Positions 26,481 to 39,339 of a stretch of 64,000 nucleotides of DNA are shown in pieces. Origin of the DNA: Octopus sinensis (taxonomy: Eukaryota). A program made the position numbers and the translations under genes. The stretch is from assembly GCF_006345805.1 (NCBI RefSeq), contig NC_043010.1, positions 30,256,001 to 30,320,000 on the forward strand, given 5' to 3'. Position 1 is the first letter of the stretch, and each line of letters begins with the position of its first letter. Below the pieces are notes generated by a model. It saw only the letters and a program-made list of their open reading frames with translations, did no database searches and was not told the origin of the DNA.

Positions 26481-27339
26481 GGTGTGAGAAAATAGTTAAG
26501 CAATAGTTAATTTAGATAAGATATGAAATAGAGAGTGAAGTGGAGGAATGAAAATAAATGTGAGACATGCATTTGGATATTGCATTTGTAGATCCCTTAT
26601 TTAGGCAGAATGGTATACGTATAAGATTCCAATACCCTGTGAGTAAATTCCAATAGTATTTAAAATTGGTCATTTCAAGTATAGAGTTTGTACACGGTAC
26701 TACTGAATCGAGGGTTTATTTAAAGTGACCTAAAAGTAGGGACTGTATTTTTAAGGTCAAATCGAAAACAAGAAGAGAGGAATAAAGAAAAATGAAAAAA
26801 GAAAAGAAAAAAGAAAAGCAAGGAGAGAGATAATAAAGAGATGAAGAGAAGGACAGTGTACCAGTTAGTGGTCAGTCAAGATAAATTGATAGTAGGAATA
26901 GGGAGGTGAGGGTGATAGAGAGAGAAAGATATGAGAGTATAAAAAGATGATAGGGTAAAGAGTAAAGGAGTGTCAGATAGAAGGAACGGGGGTGATAGAG
27001 AGAAAGAGAGAGAGGTATAATAGTGTAAAAAGAAATGGAGTGTCAGGTATGTAGTGATAGAGTCAAAGTAGACGCTTCCTCGTTGACTTGGCAATTTGTG
27101 AATATGTTGAAAGGACATGGGTAATCAAAGTAATATTGATGTTATCGCTTTTCTTACATAGGGTGGAGACACCATGGCACCGAAATACAGGCAGAAAATC
27201 ATCAATGAAACATTCCTACACCTAATATTCATAATATTACCAATTTACACATGTGGAGGTGGAGGTACATATTTTATTTACTTTATCCTTTGGTGTGTGT
27301 ATATGGGTGTGTGCTTGTATGGGGTGTCCAGCGAACGTG

Positions 27340-27415
<76 letters not shown>

Positions 27416-27417
27416 TA

Positions 27418-27474
<57 letters not shown>

Positions 27475-27484
27475 CATATTTATA

Positions 27485-27550
<66 letters not shown>

Positions 27551-27560
27551 TATACATATA

Positions 27561-28345
27561 CGAGATCTGATCAATAAGTATCCGGACTGTTGCCATAGTA
27601 ACAAAGCTAAAGCATGCAGAATAAAGCTGCTTAGCACAGTTTGACCTTCAACTCTACTGTCCATGCACACTAAGTTTTAATGTTCAACTTCACTTCTCTT
27701 GTTTACAGCAGTGCTTGGAATTAACGTGTGTAACGTGTGATCATCGCATTGACCATGACGGAGAAAGTTGAGCAGAGAATCTGCATCAAATTTTGTCAAA
27801 AGCATGGTGATACCTGCTCAGAGGGTTACGCAAAGTTTTCAAAAAATTTTCATAGTTTTCGACACGATCAAGGGGATCTTGTGCAACTGAAGGCCGTGCA
27901 TCTTTCTGGTCAGCTGAAAGCAGTTTTGACACAAACTTGGCAGGCACGCGTCTCATACCCAAATCTTCAATGATAATGGACTGAACTGAACCGTAACTAA
28001 TCTGCACATCCTCTGATAACTCCCGGGTGGTGAATCGACGATTTCCATCGCAGCTGCATGTACATCTGAGATGTTTTTCTCAATTCTGTTGGTTACGAGT
28101 CTTCCAGAACATTTGTCACCACTGACATTTTTTCGGCCATCATGGAAACGTCTGATCCACTCGTACATGCGTGTGCGACTAATACACTCCTCTTCAGACA
28201 CTTTCTGTAACTTTGCGTAACCCTCTGAACAGGTACCACCATGACAACTTTTTTCTGCCATGGTCAATGCGACGATCACACGTTACACACGTTACTTCCA
28301 AGTACTGCTGTAAACAAGAGGAGTGAGCTAGCACGTTAACACTTC
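27561..28345. mobile_element. Mariner (irritans/Hsmar2-like): two 5' halves facing each other
   Basis: + copy TA|CGAGATCTGATCAATAAGTATCCG...MTEKVEQRICIKFC; - copy of the same 5' region with W..RF.DGR and LGMRRVPAKFVSKLL. Confidence 0.8.
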
Positions 28346-28810
28346 TCATCTTATATGAGGAACACCGAATGATTTTATGCAATACCTGCCTGATAAGAAA
28401 CTCATGTCCCTGGCGATGGACCTGATTGACTTTGTGGTATCGTTTTCAATCATGGCCTGGATCTCACCAGGTGTTCTTTTCTTATCAGAACGATCAGAGT
28501 GAGTTTTCCGAACTGACATACCTTTGTAATCACCATTAGACTCATCCAACTCTTTCCGAATCCTCTGCACTGTTCTCAGATTGACACCCAAACACTCTGA
28601 AATGTTCGTATTGGAGCTTCTGGCGCGAATGCCAAGCAGTACATCATGTCGTTTCCGAATTTCTGGCCGAGTGGATTGCGTCATGGGGTTGTTTTTCCCA
28701 TAGAAGCTGCCCAACTGACCCTACTTTATCATGTAGTCGTTAAAATCAAAAACAATGTGCATACATGAAGTTAAAAATATAGAATGGCGACAATTTACCC
28801 ATCGCACCCA
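28346..28810 (-). mobile_element. Tc1/mariner (maT-like) 5' fragment
   Basis: HTH ISECLGVNLRTVQRIRK...SIRSIARDM; TIR-like end TA|TCTGGGTGCGATGGGTAAATTG. Confidence 0.65.
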
Positions 28811-28942
28811 GATACGTATGTATGCATATACATGTGTATATTATGTCTGTATATATGTTTGTATATCTGTGTATATGTATGGGTGTGTGTGTGTGCATAA
28901 TTACATTATACACGCATGCACACACACACACACACACACACA

Positions 28943-30172
28943 CAAGGGTCGGCTGAAAAGTTCACACACCGGCCAAGATAGTATCATAGAATGTGACCAT
29001 GTGAGATTTATCTTACCACATTGTCCTCCTTGTGACCCATGCACTTCTTTCATTAGTGTTGCAGTGACTGGATCCCGTTTGTTCAAGAAGCTTTCATCCT
29101 ATTGGTAAAAAAGTCGAAACACCAGATATGGCATCATCATAATTGCGAAACTGGTTCCCAGAAAAGTATTTTCTTCTGTCGGAAAACTAGTCAAATGGGA
29201 CCACATCAGAAAGCCACAATCACGCACTGCAGCCATTGAAACGAAAACTGTGCATGCTGGAGATTGTCTTGGTGAAAAAAGACTCCTTTCATCAGTTTTC
29301 CTGGACGTTTGGTCTTAATTGCTTTTCGTAACTGCCTCAGCAAGTTGGTATAGTACTCTCCATTGATGATGTGGCCATTTGGAAGATAGTCAATAAACAC
29401 AATGCCTTTTGCATTCCAAAACCTGAGGCCATCACTTTCCTTGTCGGTTAAACGGCCTTGGCCTTCTTTGGAGCAGATGAGGAGGAGTGTTTCCACTGCA
29501 TGGATTGTCTCTTTGCCTCTGATTCAAAGTGATGAATCCAACACTCATTCTAGATAAGTAACCGTTAAAGGAAACGAGTTGGATCTACCCCAAACAATGT
29601 CAGATTTTTCGTTGAAAAACCAGGTGCGCTTTTGATCAGGTGCCAGAAGACAAAGCACCCACCGAGCAGGAGCCTTAGACAGGCCAAGTTCATTGCGCAG
29701 AACACTTTCAAATCTTTCACGGGATATGCTAATAGCATTTGCTATTGATTTATAGTCAATCGCCTGTCATCCATCAGCATATTCTGAACACGATCAATGT
29801 TTACTTCGGTGGTGGTGCTTATCTTCAACAGTCTCCCTTCCCCTCATAAATTCAGCTGCCCCCTATTGCACTGTTGATAAAGCTTGAGTATCATCACCTA
29901 ATGTAGCAACCATGTCAGCATGAAATTCCTTGGGGGATAAACCGTTTTACTTTTGCAGGTATTTGATAACAGGACGATGCAAAATTTTGTCCATTTTTAA
30001 GAGAGGTTGCTACTAGTTACAGTTGAAGTCTTCTTTGAACAGTCTGATGTCAGTTTACATGGGAAGAAACAATGTAGTTATTAATAAGGAGATTTGAAAA
30101 ATTAATGCATGCAAAATCTCATGCTTTTAAGATTACTGCTTCATAGTCAGCTTCACTTTCAGCCAGCCTTCG
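28943..30172 (-). mobile_element. Mariner (Himar1-like), full span, decayed
   Basis: TIRs CAAGGGTCGGCTGAAAAGT / ACTTTCAGCCAGCCTTCG; AKGIVFIDYL..INGEYY..LLRQLR..KRPGK..FHQDN. Confidence 0.85.
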
Positions 30173-30548
30173 TGTTTGTGTGTGTATACAAGCACACGCA
30201 CATACATACATACACACATACACACATACACACACATGCACATACACACACACACACATATATAAAATGTTACATCTAATCTCAGCTGTTCGACAACTTA
30301 AGGATGATCCCCCTGAAACATATTTCTGGCGTAATTAGCAGAATGAATGGATCACAGGGAGAATTAATTATGCGGAATACAATATTACCTGATTTTCTTT
30401 CTATTTCTTTGAAATGTTTATACAAACTCTCTCTCCCCATCCCTCTTTCTCTCCCCCACTCTCTCTTTCTCTCTTTCTCTCTATCTCTCACACAAAATAA
30501 ATACGTGCAATTCATACCATACCTATGAGTTTATATTTTTGTCTGCAG

Positions 30549-30653
30549 GATCTACTACAACTACTTTGAACACTGATCCTTTTGTCGACCGCGGCCAGCT
30601 TTTCAGTAATTTAAAGAAGGAGTCATTCATTATACAATCTGTGGATATAATGA
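30549..30653 (+). CDS. Host gene exon A (phase 1-1): STTTTLNTDPFVDRGQLFSNLKKESFIIQSVDIM
   Basis: ttttgtctgcAG acceptor, A|GTAAGT donor, open frame. Confidence 0.6.
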
Positions 30654-30849
30654 GTAAGTAACCTTCGTTTTCTACTTTTATCGATATTCTTTATTAGTCT
30701 TTTAAAAAATGCCATCAATAAATTCCTTCATCGAAGGTCGCATGTTTAACCATGACTCGTGATAGACACAGCTACATCTCCAGACGTGGAAGATCACATG
30801 ATTTAACCATTAATCATAGCACATATATCTATATCCCGAATCGAAAATT

Positions 30850-32590
30850 GAGCAGAGTGACTACATGAATTCCAATATAGTTTAAGAAAAATAAAAGCAA
30901 GACAGCATATGAATAAATACAGAAAAGATGAAAAGACAAGAGTTAAATATCAAAGTGGAAGCGCCTAGAGCCGAATGGTGTCCAAGGATTTGAGATGAAG
31001 AAGCTGAGAAAGCTCCATGGATACCAGGACAGCCGGATAGGTGTTTAGAAGAAGGCTCAGTACCCACCTGGATGATAACAGGAAGACATTGTTATGTATC
31101 AAGAAACTTGGAAAGAGTAACGTTGTATCCAAATTTCTACCAATAACGTGTCTTCCGCTAATGTGTAAACTATTGTTAGGTGTTTTGGCAGATGAATTGT
31201 ATGGGTACGTAGAAAAATGTGGGCTGCTACCGACTGAGCAGAACCAGTGTCGAAAGAGAATCCAGAGGACAGATGAACATCTGTTAATTAACAAGCTAAT
31301 AATAACAAAAACTGCAAGAGAAGGCACACAATTTTCAGAATAGCATTGATTGCTTATCGTAAAGTATCTATGGCACCGCACTCATGGATTACAAGAACTA
31401 TGGAAATGTCTGGAGTAATAGAAAACATGAGGTTCCTTATATGGAGCAGTATAAAATATTGGAGAACTGAATTGAGAGCAGGGAATCGGGTATTAGGATA
31501 AGTGAAGATTAGGAGAGGAATCTTCCAGGGGGATAGTGTATTCCCATTGATCTTTGTGCTGAGAATATTTCCCTTGAGTGAAAAACCGCGAAATGCGGTG
31601 TTAGGAAGTGGCAAAGAAAAAAATTAATCTTTTGCTATTCATGGATGATTTGTAGTTGTTCACAAAAAGTATGAGAGAATTAGACAGTCCATTCAGTGCG
31701 GATTTTCTCAAATGATATCAAGATGGAGTTTGGACTTTCAAAAAATGAGCTGTGAGGGTGATGAAATGAGGAAAGTTTGTCAGAAAAGAAGGCATATGTA
31801 TGTCAAAGGTTGAAATGCTGAAGTCAGTTGAACCTAAATCCAAATATAAATATCCGGGAATACTTGAGGCAAATGGAATTAAGCCTGATCATATGAAAGA
31901 AAAAATAAAGAAAGAGTATCTACGGTGGTAGAGAAAGATATTGGATTGAAAGTTGAACGCTAGAAATATAATTTCCGCAAAAACTTGCGTGCAGTTGCAG
32001 TGGCTCGGTATGGCACTGGAATTCTGAAACAAAATGAGTTGGTCAAGAAGACAAGAAAAGTCCTAACCATGCATAAAGTCCATCATCTACGTGCAGACAT
32101 TGATCGTTTATACATGAAGGGAGAAAATAGTGGCATGGAACTAATAAATGTGGAAGACTGAGTACATATTGAGCATAAGAACTTGCTAAGATATCTAACC
32201 CAAAGTAAAGAAAACTTGCTAATGGTATATTGAAAGCAGGAAGAAGGAAAATAACAAAGAAGTACAAGAAGGGCATGAAGAATTTCTACTCAACAAGAAA
32301 CTATACAATCAGTTGCTGGAGAACATAAGTGGGACTGGCTGAAGAAAGGAACACTTGAAAAGGAGGCTGCCAGCAGTATAATTGCTGCACAAAACCAAGC
32401 TTTGGTCAGAAATTGGAGGAAATTTAGAAATGAGGAAGTGTCTCCTTTTTACCGAATTTTCAATGGATTTGACAAAATTACTACCCAGATATAACTGAAT
32501 TGTCGACTTTCACAAAACCAAAATAAGTTGTGGCGATATGTTGAGGTAGCAAAAGTGTTGCTTTGGAAACTGAAAAGTGGAGCTTAAGGA
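30850..32590 (+). mobile_element. R4/Dong LINE RT region, decayed
   Basis: PITCLPLMCKLL, HSWI, RRGIFQGDS, LLFMDDL, YKY.GILE. Confidence 0.85.
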
Positions 32591-32832
32591 CTTGAGTGAA
32601 TGAATGTGTTCAGCTGATGAATTGTTTGCTTTTAGACTGGCATTACGAAAGGTATGTTTGTGAGTGGGTTAATAGTGACTCCATTGTAGGATCTAGTGGT
32701 GGATCCTGTTGTTACTATGTACGGATAGTAAAACGTATGTATTGAAATATCACTAATTGATCTGACATCATCGTATGTATTTAAAACATCACTAATTAAT
32801 CTGACATCATTATCACAACTTATATTATATAT

Positions 32833-33066
32833 AATACACGTCGTGCTGAATTCGAGGAAAGCAAGCTAAAATAATTTTTTTTAAATTCGTTATTTCTATA
32901 TTGAATCAATTTCGGGTGCTTGTAAGTATTTCATTTATTTCTTGTGTTTTCTACTGAAGAGGGAAAAGTCCATAGGATTAATCCCGAAATTGATTCAATA
33001 TAGAAATAACGAATTTAAAAAAAATTCTTTTAGCTTGCTTTCCTCGATTTCAGCACGACGTGTATT
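32833..33066. repeat. Inverted repeat with ~84-bp arms (32833-32916 and 32983-33066), PLE end
   Basis: Near-perfect reverse complements. Confidence 0.9.
32948..33006 (+). ncRNA. Intact type I hammerhead ribozyme; predicted cleavage after 33000
   Basis: tttcta-CTGAAGA-ggga...tccc-GAAA-ttgattcaa-TA-tagaaa: all core bases and all three stems present. Confidence 0.8.
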
Positions 33067-33253
33067 TATAAGTGAATGTATATTGAAATGTGGTGATTGA
33101 CGATATAAAGTCTGTTCTCAGCATATTGGCATAGAAATATGTTTTCCTTTGCCCTTGTTTATAAATTATTTATAACTTCAACCTTTGAAGGTATTTTAAT
33201 ATACTGCCACTTTTGATGAAATTTTTTCTGGAAAAGTTTATCCTATATTAGAA

Positions 33254-33289
<36 letters not shown>

Positions 33290-33570
33290 TGTTGTCTGGG
33301 GAGAGTCATTTTCTTTTAGTGTCTTATAATTTCACACACTCACCGGTAATATTTCCGCTCATTTCCTTCTTTATTTTTCTAAAATTTTCGTTGCGTCTTG
33401 CAACCTTTTCAGTAATTTTGATTCTCTTCTTTTGAGTCAGAACTATTGAAAAGGTTGCAAGACGTAACGAAAGCTTTTGAAAAATAAAGAAGGAAATGAA
33501 TGGAAATTTTACCGATGAGTGTGTGAAATTATAAGGCGCTAAAAGAGAATGACTCTCCCCAGACACAACA
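33290..33570. repeat. Fold-back palindrome (~135-bp arms) with one variant hammerhead per arm
   Basis: Arms are diverged reverse complements; motifs at 33379-33415(-) and 33443-33480(+). Confidence 0.9.
33443..33480 (+). ncRNA. Variant hammerhead motif (U3-A8 core)
   Basis: cta-TTGAAAA-g-gttgc aagac gtaac-GAAA-gc-TT-ttg; mirror arm reads CTGAAAA-g-gttgc..gcaac-GAAA-at-TT-tag. Confidence 0.5.
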
Positions 33571-33999
33571 GAATATGCTTCAACACAAGAACTCACATAA
33601 AAGATCTTGCTAACCAAATCCGAAAACGGTACCCAACCTCTACCGCCACACTCAGCCTAGCCAACACACCACTTGCTTTCCCCACTCTCGCCTTCCCCAC
33701 CTCCCAACACCATCACACCACACACCACACACCACTACACCATACACCACCATACCACACAACACATCACATCCCACTAGCACTGACCACTTTCCAGCCC
33801 CACAGCCTCACACCTACACATACACACACCCACACACGTCAAGGTCACAAGCCCTCTTCCACACGCACATACATACTCTCTTATACACACGCACGGGGGA
33901 TCACCACTACTTTATTATCTCTCCTTCTTCCGAGCTCCTCTTCTTCCTAACACTACTTTATTATCTCCTCTTCTTCCTAGCTCTCCTGTGTGACTCTTC

Positions 34000-34190
34000 T
34001 GTCCGGCATTCGCCTGATAGATCGCTAGCCACTACATATTCTTTATTTTCTCTCCTTGTTTCTTTCTGTGGGAGAACGTAGGCCCGAAACGTTAAAGACT
34101 TTTTCATTTCCTGAGCGTTAAACTAATACATCTGTTTGTTGTCTACACCACCTGTCTTCGTCTTTTGTTTTTTTTTTTGTGAATTTTCCA
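34000..34190 (+). mobile_element. PLE pseudo-LTR end with degraded HHR (34062-34098)
   Basis: Homologous to 9990-10110 and 11950-12125. Confidence 0.7.
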
Positions 34191-34213
34191 TATATATATA
34201 TATTCTTTTACAG

Positions 34214-34357
34214 ATGGACAACCAGAGAATATTTACTTCGAGGTGATGTATAACGTATATTATATTGGAATTACGACTGATAATGAAAACCTCTTTCAGA
34301 ATCTCGACGCCACAGAAAGATTGTCGCAGCTGGTGAAACAACGTAACATTTCAGTTA
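34214..34357 (+). CDS. Host gene exon B (phase 1-1): GQPENIYFEVMYNVYYIGITTDNENLFQNLDATERLSQLVKQRNISV
   Basis: ttcttttacAG acceptor, A|GTAAGT donor, open frame. Confidence 0.65.
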
Positions 34358-34811
34358 GTAAGTTAATTATCATAACGTTTTCATGCTAATTCCGGTCTGC
34401 TAAAATGGCTGACATCTCTCATTTGCAAATATATAGTTTATATTATGTATACTCAATAAAGAAACCTCTAAGTGGTTACTCGATTTGTATGGAGCAGCAA
34501 GCGAATTTTATTCAAATCACATTCTGTTACGTTAAGAAAAGACGGAATCATTGCTTAAGAATGTACTAGCTATAAAAAATGACGAGATAAACTATTTTGA
34601 AATACCTTTCGGTCATGGATCTGATTGATTACACCTAACCTAAGACCAACAACAAACGGTAGAGACAAGGACAAAGATGACTACACTATCTGTATGCTCT
34701 GGCACCAAATATTCAGATTATAAGAGCAACATTCACAATATCAGGGTGGGGAAATCAATTCTTTGTATTACTATATAGATAGAGCACAACAACAACAACA
34801 ATGATAATAAT

Positions 34812-35010
34812 ACTTTGCAGCAAGTATGGACTTGACAGAACAAAAAATTGGTACGACCACAAAACTGAAGACATTGTCGAAAATAGAAATGCAAAGATCC
34901 TATGGGATTTTATGATTCAGTGCAACCATGAGATTGAGAATAGGAAGCCGGACATAGTCTTAATTGAGAAAGAAAATAAACTATGCTGGATCATAGATAT
35001 AGCATGTTAT
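34812..35010 (+). mobile_element. R4/Dong endonuclease fragment
   Basis: WYDHK..ENRNAKILWDF.IQ....NRKPDIV...IIDIAC. Confidence 0.85.
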
Positions 35011-35019
35011 ATCTATGAT

Positions 35020-35990
35020 CCAGCATAGGGACTCGGCAACTGGAAACTGAACACATCGTTTCCGGTGTATAAAGCCTATAGACATTCTAGTTAAACGGTA
35101 CCAGACTGGTGAGATCGTGAACAATCGTTAGTGCGGCACTCCGAAGAGCGTCACAAGATAGAATGGTTAGACTTAGAAAATAGTTGTATAAAAGAAATAG
35201 TTATATAAAAGAAATAGTTGTATAAAAATAAACAGGCGGTGTTAGTGATTAAACTAGAAAAAGTGATTAGGAAATACACCGCAACCGATGTGTTAGTGGT
35301 GATATTGGCCTTTGACCGTTTCTTTAAAGCAGAACACGAAGGTCTCGTTGTCAGAGCTAAGGTACATGTTCTAAGATTGGAAGGAACAAAAACTGTCTGA
35401 TAGGCTCGAAGTGGCAGAAACACGATGTAACAAAAATAAAAACTACATTTCAGTTTTTCGCGGACCAAAACGGATGCTTGCCTTTTGATTTCAAAGTATA
35501 CAGCTTTTCAGCGACGCTTTGCTCAACTTGTCGAGGTGACTAACAGAATGGAGACGGTGATGGACTTTACTGCCTACCGCAAATCTCAACGGAAAATGCA
35601 GCCCGTTTCGAAAAGTCCGTAACATTAGCCGAGATATGAAATGTGATAATAGTTTTATGAAGCGGAGATTGCATAGTTTGAATATCTACCCGACAAGTTT
35701 TACACTTGGCAGCACAACGAATGTATTCACAGCTCTGTATCTCGAGGAATGGTGACACTGCTGAGGAAGGGGGAAAATATAATAAATAATTTCTGGCGTA
35801 TAACTCTTTTGGCCAAGGTGTCAGCAAAGCACTTTGCGTTTTTCATCGATTCTTTAGAGAGGTTTTGGTGACGCTGTGATCAACTTGGATCAGAGCCCAA
35901 GATGGCTTTCCTCAAAGTATCCGGTTTTGACTCTGTCTTTAGAGGCTGGATCTCTTCTACGCTTAGCGGTATTTGGTCAGATAAAACAAC
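35020..35990 (+). mobile_element. Tx1/L1-clade LINE fragment, heavily decayed
   Basis: GNWKLNTS and LLAKV remnants, parallel to 37120-38583. Confidence 0.5.
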
Positions 35991-36049
35991 AAGATAGTCA
36001 TTAGATATTTCTCTTCAATGACAGCTAATACAATGTCAGCACTTCCATA

Positions 36050-38583
36050 GCGATAGTTTATCTCGAACCGTCAACGAACCCCTGTAGTATTACGAGGCCA
36101 GGAATACATGGAAATTATACAGTAGCCCGGCTCAAACGTCCTCCAGAACAGATAAACCTGTTGATTTTTGTCGACACCAAGAGACTCCTTGAGAACGTCG
36201 TCGCTCTTGACTGTCACCAACACTCTATAGAACACTAACGTGGATCTTCTACCGATTGCATTGTCCAACTGGTAGAAGGCTGTGAACCAATTCTCTACTC
36301 ACTGGTTACTGACAAAAAATGTAGTACCTGACTAGTAGGACATAGATAGTGGAAGTGTAGGCACTCCATTCCGGAGAGATGGAGGTCAAGCAGTAATATA
36401 TGACAAAAGCTCTTAGCCCATTTCTGGGTGAGATTGGCCTCTCTAGTCATCCTTTCGTCCCAGCTCTTCTCGAAGTAGAGATCTGGACCAAACCAAGTAC
36501 CCCAGCAATTTAATGAGTCCGTCCATCCAGTGACCTACGATGCTCTCTAGGATCCGAGATGCAGGTCCACAAATATTTTTAGTTGATCTTTATTTCTGCT
36601 ACCTCGTAGTTATTTAGAGCGATGCCGAATCATACGATGAGCTTGGTATCCAATACTGTTCCGGTGATGCCGTCCGCGTATGCTGAAGGAGATGTTCCAC
36701 ATCCTGGTTCACTTGAGATACCCTCTCAATATCTCCAGTGCCCGTAGTAGCGGTTCATGAGTCAGCACACAGAGAAGTGATAAGTAGATATAGCTTTTAC
36801 AGATCGAACGTATGATACAGAATAGTTCCGATATGTGGATAATTTCTTTAACCACCGGGCAGATGTCGCTGAACTTTACAGCGAACCAATTACGGAAGAT
36901 GTGACCGTCGCCGTGAGGACGGCAGCCAAGTGTTGGAAATAAGAGGGAGTTTCCCAAATGATGATGGAAACTCCAACTCACGAGCTTGAGCGGGCTACTT
37001 CAGGGTTTCCCTTAAGGAACCCCACACAGAGGAGGGATTTGGTAAACAAGATGCCAACAGAAGAATAAAATTAAGGCAAGTGGCAATCTTTTCTTTTTTC
37101 ACTTTCTACTAACATGGCAGATTTAAAAGTAGGTTTATAAATGCACGTAGCGTATGGTTGCCCTGGAAGTAGGGGTGCCTGCACAATGACTTCGGGTCAC
37201 CAGCTAATGATTTCCGACATATGCACTTCGGCACCCATTTATGCTGACTTTGAGATCCCTGAGCCGAGCTGGAATGGGGTTGTTTCGGAAAGGATTAAGG
37301 ATTGAGAATCAGCTGTTCTTCCCAGATTTGAGCTTTAAGGTAGAGGTTCTGAATATGAACAGTAGTAAAGGGGGTGCCTTCAGATTAGTACCTGTCAACA
37401 CCCGACAGTGGTGGAGCTAGAAGATTTCTCCAGGCCTCTATTAGTTTTCTTCAGAACATCCCATTCTTTTTTCATGGGCGATTGGAACGCCATCTTGGAT
37501 GCATTTTTGGATTCTGTGGGACAAGTTAATTGGTGAAAGGAGTACAATGACCACGCAAACCTGATCAAACGTTTCCTAGCATCTGACAAGTACCAGTTAG
37601 ATTCCCCAAATACACCAATGTGGACAGGGACAGCATCCGGTTATCCAGATTCTGTCTAGACAGAGTAATCTGTAGGCTAGCAAATAGGTACAGTATAGGT
37701 GGTTCACAGTTGAAAGTGGTTAATCGTACAGACCATAAATTTGTTATTTGTATAGTCGATCTAGAAAATGAACGTGTCTTTCCCGGCTTGTCAAGTTTAC
37801 AAAAAACGGAGTTAATGATGTAGTTAAGTGGGAGTTGACGGGGACAATCATCAACAATCGATGGAAGCTGGCCCTACAAAGGCTGTTAGATTAGAGCAGA
37901 TAAGGTGTAGTATGGAAATAAGGACAGAGATTTCTGTTTGTTCATGGGTCCGGGCGCTATGTGACAACAAAGCCACGATTCGGTCTTTGCCAGATCGGGA
38001 GTGGTACTACTTGGCTCTAGGAGATGAGTGCGGCTTTTCAGAAGCACTTAGAGCATCTTCATGGGGAGGGTGGTGACTGGAGACGAGGATGGACTTTATC
38101 ACTACCTCAACGACTTGTTGCGGATCTCGGGTGGGGATGAGAAGTTTTGTGGAATACGGTTGAAGCTTATGAAATTCGGGAAGTGATGGCTGGCTGCACG
38201 AGTGAGAAGTCACTGATGCTGGATGGTCTGTCCTGCGATCTTTATTTCCATATCCCAGACGTGTTCGGGAGCCTTTTGACACATGTCTACTGCAACTGGA
38301 AGCAGAATGGGAGAATCTCCAGTCCTGTGAAATGAGATGTGGCGGGGCTGCAAAGAAAGGAGGCGAACAATGGTGGTGCTTGAGAGATTTTGATAATTTC
38401 CGGTTCGTAACTCAGCTAAATGCGAAGTTCAAGTTTTGGGCCAAGGTTTTACCTATATGGTTAACACTTATTGTCTATTCTCAGACTAGTGATGCACAGA
38501 CATGCGCCATCCCAACCTCCATTTTACATCATAGAAAGAATGGATAAGTAATCTGGCATGAGTGCAAGCCCTGATCAATTTAG
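36050..38583. mobile_element. Tx1/L1-clade LINE with inverted 5' part
   Basis: + strand 37120-38583: INARS, MGDWNAILD, LDRV, TDHK, LDGL, NFR.VT.LN, ALINL; - strand 36940-36050: HLAAVL, EPLLR, AYADG. Confidence 0.7.
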
Positions 38584-38675
38584 TAGAAAGGATTATTAAT
38601 GACTTACTTCATCCCTTAAAATTGCTGGCCTTGCACCAAAATTTGAAGCCATTATTGTTGTTGTTTACTTGGCAG

Positions 38676-38825
38676 ATATATCAGTTTACAATACAGAAGA
38701 AGAAACAGAATACATGTGTGCAACAATACAACTGAAAACCAACGATGTTAAGTGTGCCGATGGAGTTGTAGGCCATAGGTTGATTATATCACCTGCCAAT
38801 GTATATTTCACGTTGATTGTTTACG
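38676..38825 (+). CDS. Host gene exon C (phase 1-1), resembles the end of a fucolectin/discoidin fold: YMCATIQ..DVKCADGVVGHRLII..FTLIVY
   Basis: tttacttggcAG acceptor, G|GTATGC donor, 150 bp open. Confidence 0.7.
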
Positions 38826-39339
38826 GTATGCGCTCTTTGTATGGTAAGTAAACCAATTCGTTTTCGGTAACGATTTGTATGAATATTTTAGGTTTTTGAC
38901 TACTTTACTACATTACACTATCCAAAATCTTGTGGACAAAGCTTGACTAAAATTAGGAGCCAAAATTTCTTTAAACCGTACTATATCGTATTAAATGTGA
39001 AAAAGGATATATTAGATAAAGAAACCCAAGAGAGATACCCAAATTGAAAAATACCCCTATTTTAAATTAAAAAAGGGGATGCATTTTATATTTGATCAAA
39101 TACTCCTATTTGATAAACACCTCTATAATCAGATAGGGGTATTTGATAATATTATCAAAATTCAGCTCGATCAGACACTGACCTAGGGTTGAACAACAAG
39201 ACGGGGACATTGGACTATATTTCCATATGAGTCATTGGACTGCAACCATGTTAGAACGCTGCTATGAAGGGTTTTAGTCGAACAATTCGACCTCTGTACT
39301 TATTTTTAAAACTGGTATTTATTTATTATCATTATTTTT

